A DNA stretch of 64,000 bases, from NCBI GenBank assembly GCA_030390025.1, contig CM059431.1, positions 149,112,001 through 149,176,000 on the forward strand. Reading direction: 5' to 3'. A program made the translations under genes and the position numbers. Position 1 is the stretch's first letter, and every line of letters begins with the position of its first letter. Source of the DNA: Squalus acanthias (taxonomy: Eukaryota). Positions 50,558-61,699 of this stretch are shown here, piece after piece. Below the pieces are notes generated by a model. That model did no database searches and was not told where the DNA came from. It saw only the letters and a program-made list of their open reading frames with translations.

Positions 50558-53500
50558 TTACTTAGAATTATCAATCAGCAGATGTACGTTCCCTAGAGGT
50601 GAGTTATTCATACGAGTCAAGGAGATGTCCTTTGGAACTAGCTGGAGCTTGACATGCTGTTCCTTCGAACCAATGTGTGGACATATTGTTGTTTTCGTAA
50701 AGGCCTTGCCAGGCGCTCTGTTGATTCCTTCTTCATCCACAGTGTCTTCCTCCTTCGTTGAAGCTACTCGTTGATCTTTCCTTGTTTCGGTATTGGCTTT
50801 TTGCGAATCCAATTCCTGAGGTGTTGCCAAGCATCGTGTGGAGGAGTCGTTGACATCATCTGACTGACCGTCGTTAGTAGTTTGATCGCATCCATTTCCT
50901 GTGTCGTGCTCCAAGCTGGGTCTTGAAAGATAGTGTACGACTGCACCTTGTATTATTCCTCCATTTCGGTATCCGGCAAGACATCTTTTGAGATTGTCTA
51001 TGCAGACAGTGTTAAGAATATGCTTGCTATTCGGCTGATTAATATGTATTTTAACTGTTCTTTCATTAATAACAGTAGGTATTTGAACAGGTTTTTCCAC
51101 TTCGGTCTTAAACCAGGTTTTTGCTTGAACCTCTTTTCCTGTACCTATTCTCCTACGAGGGGTTCCATGCTTTGTTTGTCAATTTTTTCTGCCTATTTGC
51201 CTCCTTTATCCTCTGATCAATTTGATGAGTCACCTCTGTTACTTCTTTTTTCAAATCAAATGTCGCTGTAGGGTCGAGGACTCAGAGAGTGCAGCAGCAA
51301 TAAAAGAACTATGGGCAAGCGGTGTATTCTTCTCAACTCCATACATCAGATAATATGGAGTTTTTGGGGACACTGTCCCTGATACAGATGTGGGTACATT
51401 ATTAAGTGATAGCTGCACCTCCAGAATGAAGGTGGTCCACTTATTTCCCCTGATTCTCAACAGTTTGACAAATAGCTTTTTTACTTCCTGTTTTTTACGT
51501 TCCAGCAGCACCGCTGATTGCGGATGACGTGGCGTGCTGTGCTCTAACTCAATCCCCCTTCGTTCGCAGTAGTCTTTGAAGACCTTAGAGACAAAGGCTC
51601 CGCCTTGAACGGAGTGTAAGATTTTGGGTGCACCAGCTACAGTAATTATGTCAGAAATATTCTTGGCTAGTGCGTTATCCAAAACAGTTTTTGTGGGGAT
51701 CAGCCTGCATAAGGAAGTGCATCCATCTGCACAATTTAGAACATGTCTGTATCCCAAAGACGGGGCAAGTAGTCCAATAAAGTTAATAAAGAATTTTCCG
51801 ATTGGCTCATCAGCTTTCACAGGAGCCAATGGTGGTGGCTTAATTAGTGATGACATGTTGGTTAAAAACCGTGGCTCACAATTTGTCCCGTATGTTTTAC
51901 AGGCCTTAAGCATGCCTGGCCACCAATATAAGGGAGTCAATTTGCGGAATGTTGTTCTGGGACCACAATGTGCTTGACCTATGCCCTCGTGAGCATCTTT
52001 TACAAGCAGTTCTCGTTTGTGTATCGGGGGTACTTCTCTGGTGCCCTTTGGCAACATAACTAGCTCAATACCCTTAGGGGTTTCCGAGTAAAATCCTGGT
52101 GGATTCTCTTTTGTTGGGTCTAATAGCGGAATCAATTCCTCATCCTGATTAGCTGCCCGTTCTGTCCTAGTGATTATACTAATATTGTCAGTCCCCTCTC
52201 GAGGGGGTGTCATGCAGAAAGAACATTTTGCTTGTTCGTCTGCAAGGCTGTTTCCTTTTGCGTGTACTGTCCCAGTAGTATGCCCGTTTACATGAACCAC
52301 CTGACAAATCTGTTTCTCCATTCTCGAATGGAGAATGTCTTCCCACAATGAATTATGTTTTATGGGTTAACCCTTATGATTGGTAAAATTTATTTGATCC
52401 CAGAAAAATAGATCTTGGTTATATCCTCTTTCACAGTAGTCACTATCCGTACAGATTAGTATGGGTTGAATGGGGTCTGCCTTTTCTAAAGCATACAGTA
52501 ATGCTGCGGCTTCAGCATATTGCGCTGTCTTATAGCCAAGTGGTATGGACAGTAATTCTTCTGGAGAAAAAGAATAGGAATCCCGAAAAGTACCTACTAC
52601 TATCCCCATCCCAGCTGAGGATTGTTGGGATGTCCTTGTTCAATCGTCATTGAAGATCCATCACAGTAATGACTTGATGGATCTCTGTAAGCGGTCTCAT
52701 AGGTATTTGTCTGATTCCCACCTCCGTATCATTATCCTCCATGATGGGGAGATCCTCTCATTCCATTTCCGGGGAGAGGAATTTAAAAATGAGTGTAGGA
52801 TCATTCAAGAACGATTCGCATTTATTATATCGGATGTGGCTGGCTCTTTTTTTCATCAGAGGCCATCCTCAATACTGATCTTAAATCGGGAATCTCAGTA
52901 TAGATGGAGCACGGGCTATTTTCCTTGAAGGGACCGTGCCTTGATGAGGCATTAGACTGGAATAGTCATGACCCTTTTCTTTTTTAATGTACCTCCTTTC
53001 GACATTGGAAAAGTTATAAGAATGGAATTGAAGAGCACTATGATATTTTCATTATAGAAAACTGCAACTGACACTTTAGGGGATGAACTGAGATGAATAT
53101 TGAGGGGAATTGTAAGTCCCTCTGTTCCAGGTCTATGGCTTTTTGTACCTCTCGGCATAATTGTTGCAATTTTGAGTAATCGTCTGCTGAAAATATGAAT
53201 GGCCCTTTTGCTGCTTCGCCCACTCCAGCATACAGGGGTGCTGAGAGCTCGGCAAAGGTTGTCGTAAAGGATCGCGCAAAATTCTGGTGTTCTAAATTTG
53301 CTTGCAGATTTTTCATAATTTTAGGATATTGAATGGTGGCTAATGTTTCTTTATAGGATTGAGTTAATCCTCTTCTGTTTCCAGTTATTCGCAGGCTCAG
53401 AAAATCTACCTCTTCCCTAACTAGTTAATTCTTTTTTATGTTGATCATGTACCCAGCAGTTGTAAGTCGAGATAACACATTATCAATGGCTTTCAAGTGT

Positions 53501-54517
53501 TCCTGGAGATTGCCATGTGACAGGTATATATCGTCCACATAATAATTGACGTTAGGTAGGTCTTTAAAAGGTCAATGATGTGGGCTGAAAACAGAACGGG
53601 ACTGCTTTGAAAAACCTGGGGCAATCTGGTCCAGCAATACAGATAACCATCGGGTCTAGTCATCGCTGTTTTTGGCCAATCAGCTTTTTCGATTGGATGT
53701 GGCCAGAAGCCGTTTGCTAGATAAATACAAGATTTATATTTTTCGCTCATGATTCCAGAGAGAAGGGCTGTGGAATTTTGCTGTTGTGCAGTATGTGGGG
53801 CAATTACCTTACCTAAGGCTGAATAATTGACCACTAATCTCCACATCCCATCTGGTTTAGCAACACCAAACAATGGTGAATTAGTTCAAGATGCCATTTT
53901 GATTAAGACATCTTGTTCTGTTAGTTCTTTGAGCGTTGTTAGGAGATCTATTTTTCCTTTGTGGTCTTGAATAAGCCACTGTATTTTAGGTTTGTGCCAG
54001 CCAGCATCAAGTGGGTGGGGTTTGATATCTATCTTTCCACATTGATTTGGATGACTTTGTAGATACGGGTCGTATCTATAAATGAGTTGCTCGAGGAGAT
54101 CTTTGCATCCCCCTCTAGGCAAGTTTGTTCAAGCTGTGTCCGAAAATGTTTTCCGTTGTCATCCTTGTCTGTGGATGCTTCAACAGGTCTGGTTGAGATT
54201 TTAAGGTAATGTTTCATGTCTGGTTGTCCTATTATGAGGGAACAGGCCAATTGTGGTACCAGTCCGACATCTAGGGTCACCATGATTCCATATATGATAA
54301 CAGGTATTATGTAAAAAAATAATTAGTCTAGTGTGAATCCCCCTAATGGTCTTTTACAAATTGGGCACCCCAAATCTGTCCACCAAGTTTTTATAATTGC
54401 AGCATCTATTACAGTGTAATCAGATCTCGTATCAAACAGGGCCTTCACTTGTGTGTTTGTGGGCAAGGTTGCCAGGGCATAGGGGAATTCAAGAGGTCCT
54501 GGCCGCGTGCCAGGCCT
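50558..54517 (-). pseudogene. pol: Foamy-like pol (PR-RT-RNase H-IN), multiple stops and frameshifts
   Basis: KALFDT(R)S protease; KPDGMWRLVVNY, NGFWPHPI, WTRLPQ, YVDD (53530-53541); TAQYAEAAA, TDSDY, GNSLADEQAK; KFFINFIGLLAPSLGY, PKILHSVQGGAF, STPRHPQS, RPKW...TVCIDNLK. Confidence 0.92.
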
Positions 54518-56063
54518 TCAATCCTGGGATTGATCATCCTCAGATTCCTGAGTTTCATTTGCTGCTGTGACTTTAATTATTTTAACTGATTTTTGTTCCT
54601 CCCTCTTGGGGGTTTCATGTTTTCCAGATCCCTCAGGTGGTTTGTCGGACCGTTTATTATCTTGACGATACTCCTGTTAGTTTGGACTTTGGTTCTGCCA
54701 GGAATCTTTTTGATCGCCATTTCGGATTTCCCTTTATCCTCCCATGGCTCTTTGATAACTTTGGCCAGTGTAAAAGCTGTCCCCAGTGGGACTCACTTTC
54801 TTTCGCTTTCCTTTCGAGCTCTAGCCCCTCATCTATCCCATCTTTATGGGGAGAATTTTTTCTCGTAGAGTTGGCGGGTTGGGGTTGTAAATCTTCTGGA
54901 ATACCCTCTTGGGGGTCCCGTGCCACGAGTTTGTGTCTGGGCGGGGTGGACTTGCTTCTGTGTACCAAAGGTACCATCTCGGTTTTGTTTACACCTAATT
55001 TCTGATCTCATTATAGGTTTAGATTGGGGTAGACCTAAGAGATCATGATTTAATTGGATAATGCGATTGACGTTATCCCATCTTTGTTTATTATCTCGAT
55101 AATCGATTACAGCACCGTCACAGGCATGTTTGAGGGCTGTATTTTGTTATTGATTGGCCAGGCAACCATGGACAATATCCCAGTTATCCTGTGTAATTAC
55201 TTTGCCTAATCTGTAGGCGGCTACCAGCCCTTTAGTTGTGGCTGTATTAGTGAGTTTTTCCTTGATGGAACCCATTATATGCCCTCCCTGAGTTGCCGTG
55301 AGAACATATTTGAACCCCGTTGTTACACTGGTTTAATGCGGGAATTAAGTCTGAACTTGGTATCATTTGCATTATTTGCCTCAGGTGTTGGGCATTCCAA
55401 ACTTGGCAACAGTTTTTCCAATTTATCAAGGTTAGTTAGAATCCAGCAGATTTTTTCCTGGCTGGTTTTCCCCAGTCTACCACACATCGTGTAGATAGAT
55501 CTCAGGTTAATTGAACTAGGGGCGCAATGTGTGGTTGCTTGTGTTGGCTTACTGGACCAGTAATCATTGAGCCTCTAGCATTTAGATAAGATTGCGCTAG
55601 TGCCAGTCGGCATTGATTATAATGGATTCTATGCTGTCTATAGTTTTCTCGAAGATTCTGGTCATTTATTTCATCATGAGCTTGCCACCTTAACCGGAAT
55701 CCATGGCCTCGAGGACCATAGCCTGCTCCGGGTCCTACTCTTCGGCCATGGTTGCCAACACCTTTTTGTGCACCATTCATTAGGCCTCCCAATTGTATGG
55801 ATGTGCACCTTATCATTAAGGAATTTAGTAGATTTGGAGTAATAGTTTGATTATCCCACCGGATATTCTGTATCCCCTGGTTCTGGGGATTAACATCAAT
55901 CGTGCCATGAGTTCTAACGGCTCCGTCGGCATCAAAGCCTTCTATTTCAAAAATTATCACTTGGATTTGTGGAGGTACAGGGATAGCATTATTTTCCCCG
56001 AAAAAAGCAATTGTTTGAATTTCCTAATAAAAAGTCTTGGCCAATTCCGACAGGGTTTGCCAT
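54518..56063 (-). pseudogene. gag: Foamy-like gag, degenerate
   Basis: Candidate ATG at 56063; KLTNTATTKGLVAAYRLGKVITQDNWDIVHG resembles the foamy CA helix region; HDLLGL (55030-55047) matches the YxxLGL motif; no CCHC knuckle. Confidence 0.78.
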
Positions 56064-56306
56064 TTCATCAGGACCTAACCTCGGTTAGGGTGTAATATGA
56101 AATTTATCCGAAATGTCTAGACCTCAATGGTATATTGAGGGAGTTCTGATTTACGTTCTACAAGGCCTGATCAGGTAATTATCATCTCGAGAGACTTAAA
56201 TCTGCGTCTTAATACCACTGTCAGTAAAACACTCCTTCTATACTTAACAATCTACAAGATGGACATATATATAAATATAAGTATAGCTTCTGTATCAACT
56301 CGTTAA

Positions 56307-56324
56307 CACACAGGTTGGGCGCCA
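56307..56324 (-). promoter_or_regulatory. Primer-binding site, tRNA-Lys1,2 type
   Basis: TGGCGCCCAACCTGTGTG, 2 nt after the 5' LTR; first 11 nt match the foamy PBS TGGCGCCCAACGTGGGGC. Confidence 0.85.
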
Positions 56325-56326
56325 AC

Positions 56327-57640
56327 TAAAGTGATAACTACTAGTCCTAGCCCCTTTAGGGTAACCCCGGAGCAGGCATATTCCCCTGATGTTCACTTTC
56401 AACTGAAGTTTGAGGTAGCCGCATCCTGAAGACGCTTAATTGGTTCTAAAGGTACAGACTATCTCTCCCTAAAGGAAAGAAAAAACCTGAAGATGTTACC
56501 GTACTCCAGATAGCACTTTTAATAAGTTGAATTAGACTGTAACAATCCGGATAATCATGAGGGTCCAGAAAACTCCCCCAGAATTATGCAACTCCTCACC
56601 AAAGAGTGCACAGAGATTGAGTTTGCGAGTTTGATACAGAAGTACTATTTGAGACATTTCGAAAAAATATATAGATTTATTAAAGAACCGACATGTAATT
56701 TACAGATGATGATTCAATCGCCAAATTAACAGTTCCAAAAACAGAAATATTACAATTCTATTATCAAAGATCCATATTCTCAAATCTTAACTTCTCTAGT
56801 TTTACATTTCTTAGTTTATTCCAGGATATCCAACAATATCAAATACAAGTACCTTGATCCCCGAGATACAAAGAGTTGTAGACTTACAGAGCCTGCTTCT
56901 GAAGCCGAGGTTAGCTTTGCCCTTTACAGCGAATCTATCATGCCATTTGAAAGTCCAATTTTTATACCCATTTCCAGTGGTATTTCCTTTGAAGTTTCCT
57001 GCTGATATAAGCTAATTATCTCAAGTAATTTTCCTGTTAACCCCTGCTATTCTTATAGTCAGTTCAGCTGGTAGCAAGCACACTCGTGTCTCTCCTTTAA
57101 GTGTTCGAAGCTTATTACAAAAGCGATGTGACCAGCAGGTGAATATATATGATGTCATTCTTACCAAGGTCTTCTATGCAATTCTTAAGTCACCTCAGCT
57201 GGTTGCAACATAGAATCGTGTCTCCTAGGTGTTCCAAGTTCAACACAAAAACAATGTGACGGCTGGTGCCTCCCCCACCTGATGCCATTCCCACGAAGGC
57301 ATATGTTTCTTAATTTTCTGCGATTCTTTTGACGTCATTTAAATGAAGGCATATATTTCTTCTTCTTTTATGTGTGTCTTTCGTAAGTGTTATTTAAGAC
57401 ACCTTAACAGGGTAGACCATTGTGTTCATCCCAGGGCTTCAGAGTTCAGGAACCTTTAACCTTCTGTTTCATCAGGGCTATTGTTTCAGTGTCAACAACT
57501 AATCATATCTCAATAGCCAGTATTGTGAACAGCTTGTCCATTGTCAGTTTTTTAGGTTTTCATGGTCAGTTTGTAATGTCACATAAAAAGAATATTTCAT
57601 AGAATGGTTTATTGTTCAGATTATGGCTTATTCCTTCACA
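56327..57640 (-). repeat. ERV 5' LTR (1314 bp) with TATA (56959-56966), GTAAGT donor (56882-56887) and AATAAA (56815-56820, 56676-56681)
   Basis: Direct repeat of 49043-50329; all these motifs are present in both LTRs. Confidence 0.92.
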
Positions 57641-57699
57641 TCTCCACGAGGGACCCCTTTTAAAGAGAGAGTCTCACCGTCAGAAACCCTTTTAAAGAG

Positions 57700-58205
57700 C
57701 GGACAACGAAAAATCGTCTAGCAGAAACTGATAGCCAAGTTCCGCACCCATGAGGACGGCCTCAACCGGGATCTTGGGTTCATGTCACGCTACAATATAA
57801 CCCCACCTGACGAAGAGTCATCCAGACTCAATCCGTCTCTCCACATAGATGCGGCCGGACCTGCTGTGATTTCCAGCAAAAAACGTTTTTTGTTTTCCAT
57901 AAAGACCCCAGCATCTGCCACATTTGACCCCTTGTGACACCACATCATTGTCTTTGATGTAATGTTTTCCTGACTGTACTGTTTGGACACCATCCACACC
58001 TGTGATTGCCGTGATTACCTCTCTGCCGAGGTGTGATAAAGGGCAGTGAGAAAGATTAACTGTAATCATCTGGCAGTGTTCTCTGATTATATATGCTGTG
58101 CCTATATGCATCTCTTCACTCCTCCTGACGAAGGAGCAGCGCTCGAAAAGCTTGTGATTTCAAATAAAGCTGTTGGACTATAACCTGGTGTTGTGCGACT
58201 TCTCA
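57700..58205 (+). mobile_element. Penelope-like element 3' end with nested remnant and hammerhead-like cores
   Basis: QKLIAKFRTHEDGLNRDLGFMSRY (GIY-YIG end); CTGACGA-AG-GAGC-AGC-GCTC-GAAA at 58125-58148; aataaa-ctgttggactataacctggtgttgt-like tail. Confidence 0.8.
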
Positions 58206-59234
58206 CATCTAACTAGGTTAGGCTCTGATATTACAGGGACTGTGCTCACCAAAGGTCTTCTCCACAGTTTAGACCAGTTGCACACTGCTTTCTCTCTCCT
58301 CAATCTTGTGGACTCCTCGGCTGGTTGCGGTGTCTTCGGTATTAGAACTGTTCGACGTTTTGATGGGAAACAACATTTTCCTCGAGTCAGCGCAGGACGA
58401 TGGTTGCTCTTTCAGTGACTCCGAGGCTTCTTGTTGGGTTTTCTTGCTGCGTTGCTGTAACCCCGTGTGGCAAGTTAAATGTTTCAAAGCCAGAGTAAAA
58501 ATTCCAGAGTCCAAGTGCCTTTCCAGCGTGTTCCCGGGTACGTTTCTTCTGCTCCGGTGCGCTGCTGCTGCTGCTGCTGCCGGCAAATCTCTCCCTTCAG
58601 CCCGTCTGTTCAGAGTCTCTTTAGCTACTAGCAAGCCCCCTGTTATACCTAAGAGGCTGCTTATCTTTTGCGCCAAAACTCGGGTGCACAATTGATTTTA
58701 GATGACTCACTTCTGTGCGATTTTGGCAAGCCGATCAACTCTGATGTGATCCCTTTGTGAGAATGTTGGTGGGCTGATTGAGCACTAGCATGATACAACA
58801 TTCCCAAAGGTGTTGATGGGGTTTTTGAATGTTGCAGTTAGAAGGTAATCAGGTCTTGCTACTGTCCAATGTGTGTTTAGCTGAAGCCAGGGTTTTTCTG
58901 GATAGCCGTTTTAAGAACCATTAAAATATGTATGTCTCTGGGTCCCTGGTAAGTGGGCTTTTGCTAGACAGCTAATGTCCCCCTGGAAGACTGCCTCCCA
59001 GGTGGATTAGCATCCCTATACGGTTTCCCATTTTCCTGTGCAGACCCGGCATATAATTTAAAATGTCCAAAATCATTCAATAGGCCCTAGTTTAGTCCAA
59101 AGGCGCCTGATAGTGAGATATTTCTGTCCACATTTTTCCTCCAAGAGGTCCAACACAGCCCCCGTTTTAAATTCCAGACACATGTCCATTAAGTAGGGGG
59201 TCCCGGAATTTTGTGAATCCTGCACCTCAGAACT

Positions 59235-59355
59235 GCCGCTCCGACTGTGCAGTGCTCCATCAGTACTGCCCCCGCCCCCTCAGTTCTGCCCCTCCGACAG
59301 TGCAGAGCTCCCTCAGCACTGCCCCTCCGACAGTGCATCACTCCCTCAGCACTGT
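59235..59355 (-). repeat. Deu-SINE-derived 33-bp tandem
   Basis: Reverse complement of the gtactgagggagcgctgcactgtcggagggg unit. Confidence 0.75.
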
Positions 59356-60510
59356 TTAGATACAGTGTAGAGCTCCCTCTACATTACCCTGTCTGTGTGT
59401 CCCCCACTTAATACCCAGTGTCAGCATCGAGTGCTCCCGGGGCAGGTACAGCACGTGTTAGGTACAGTGTAGAGCTCCCTCTACATCACCCTGACAGTGT
59501 TTCCCCACTTTATATCCAGTGTCAGCATCGAGCGCTGCCAGGGCATGTACACCCCAGGTTAGATACAGTGCAGATCTCCCTCTACATTAACCTGAAAGTG
59601 TATCCCCGACTTTATATCCAGTGTCAGCATCGCGCGCTCCCAGGCAGGTGCAGCACGGGTTAGATACAGTGTAGAGCTCCCTCGACATTACCCTGTCAGT
59701 GTGGCCCCCACTTTATACCCAGTGTCAGCATCGAGCGCTCCCAGGGCAGTACAGCACAGTTTAGATACAGTGTAGAGCTCCCTCTACATTACACTGACAG
59801 TGTGTTCCCATTTTATACCCAGTGTCAGCATCGAGTGTTCCCAGGGCAGGTACAGCACGGGTTAGATACAGTGTAGAGCCCCCTCTACATTAACCTGACA
59901 GTGTGTCCCACACTTAATACCCAGTGTCAGCATCGAGCGCTCCCGGGGCAGGTGCAGCACGTGTTAGGTACAGTGTAGAGCTCCCTCTACATCACCCTGA
60001 CATGTTTCCCCACTTTATATCCAGTGTCAGCATCGAGCGCTGCCAGGGCAGGTACACCCCAGGTTAGATACAGTGCAGATCTCCCTCTACATTAACCTGA
60101 AAGTGTATCCCCGACTTTATATCCAGTGTCAACATCGAGCGCTCCCAGGCAGGTGCAGCACGGGTTAGATACAGTGTAGAGCTCCCTCTACATTACCCTG
60201 TCAGTGTGGCCCCCACTTTCTACCCAGTGTCAGCATCGAGCGCTCCCAGGGCAGTACAGCACAGTTTAGATACAGTGTAGAGCTCCCTCTACATTACACT
60301 GAAAGTGTGTTCCCATTTTATACCCAGTGTCAGCATCGAGTGCTCCCAGGGCAGGTACAGCACGGGTTAGATACAGTGTAGAGCCCCCTCTACATTAACC
60401 TGACAGTGTGTCCCACACTTTATAAACAGTGTCGGCATCGAACGCTCCCAGGGCAGGTGCAGCAAGGGTTAGATACAGTGTAGAGCTCCCTCTACATTAC
60501 CCTGACAGAG
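59355..60510. repeat. ~101-bp minisatellite with a ~505-bp higher-order repeat
   Basis: 101-bp period at 59761/59862; diagnostic variant ACCCCAGGTTAGATACAGTGCAGATCT at 59551 and 60056. Confidence 0.9.
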
Positions 60511-61139
60511 TGCCTTGCACCTTGTTAAAGACAGGAGTCCCGGACAAATGAATTTGCAAGTCGCTGATTGAGAGATGGCGATGCAACTCCGGCAATGTTT
60601 TTGAACTGAACACGATAAATCAACGACTTTCAGGTGATATGAATGTTATTTTATTGCACACATCTGGTACGGACTGACCATATAACTCTTTATTCATTGA
60701 CATGAACATATTACAGCCGTCACACAGTCTAATTCCATTGATAAACCTCGGACACTGGAGAGGGTTCAGTGAGAGCAACATTCACAGATAAAGTGCAGTT
60801 AAAGTCACAGGCCACCAGGGCCAGAGGTCAAACTCCTCTATCTGGGGTGGGTGTTGGGGAGAGGCTGTGGTTTGGGGAGATGGGGTGACTGAAGCTCCCC
60901 GCTCCCCCCCACCCCCGTCCCAAGGAGCTTTATTCGGGCAGCCTGGAATATCTTCGATCGGTTTGGAATCCCGCTCATGTCCCGATCAGATCCGTTTCGC
61001 GCTTTCATCTCCGGGCGGTCGGTCAAAGATTCGGTTTGCTCGGGAGCTCCAGGCCGGAACAGTGCATCACCCCTCCCCTCTCCCCGCCAGCACAACACGA
61101 GAGGACGGGGATGGAAGGATGTGCGAGGCTGACAGGGCC

Positions 61140-61320
61140 ACATTCGCCCGCCCATTGCCTCGGACAGTGCAGCGCTCCCTCAGTACGGCCCCTCCGACAG
61201 AGCAGCGCTACCTCAGTACCGGCACCGTGGAGTGTTATCCCTGGATTATGTGGCTCGAACCCACGAACTTCTAACTCAGAGGAGAGAGATTGAGAGAGTG
61301 CCACCCACTGAGCTCTGGCT
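61140..61320 (-). mobile_element. SacSINE1-like 5' fragment
   Basis: tRNA-like head (gctcagtgggtggcactctc...gggttcgagcc) followed by 33-bp units. Confidence 0.6.
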
Positions 61321-61699
61321 GACAAAGAACATATGTTGTGGAACAATATAACACAGCTCTCCACAACCCAGTTCAGTGCAGTGTTAAGCGTAGTGTAACA
61401 TGCTACAGCGCTCTGCACTATAGGAATGTACAGTGCAGCACAGCATAGTGCTTGAAATGTTAAAGTACAGAGCTTGAAGATTCACTGGTACAAAATAGGC
61501 CAGGCCAGCGTGGGGTAAGTAAAGTGCAGAACAGTCAATCTGGCATGGTTTAGTCTGGACCAGTACAGCTCAGTAAGCTGCAGGTCAGTCAATCTGTAGG
61601 GTGCAGGGCCAGTGAAACAAAGACATCAGGGTTTTTTATTTTTGCAAGCTTCTTCTGTGCTTATCAAGGCGAGGTATGTCAGCGCTGGGGAAGAAAGCA

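Larger units (their letters stand above)
49043..57640 (-). mobile_element. Endogenous foamy-virus-like (spumaretrovirus-related) provirus, LTR-gag-pol-LTR, no env
   Basis: Paired ~1.3-kb LTRs; TSD TCTC (49039-49042, 57641-57644); PBS TGGCGCCCAAC; foamy-type Gag and IN motifs. Confidence 0.92.
34598..57700. repeat. 33-bp satellite (CATCAGGGACCCCTTTTAAAGAGGGAGTCTCAC) in blocks ~34598-35336, 38450-39705, 41145-41655, 42100-46748, 47070-47992, 48525-49042, 57641-57700
   Basis: Hundreds of degenerate units; 11-aa periodicity (SPSGTPFKEGV) in spurious ORFs; interrupted by CR1s, a SINE and the ERV. Confidence 0.95.
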
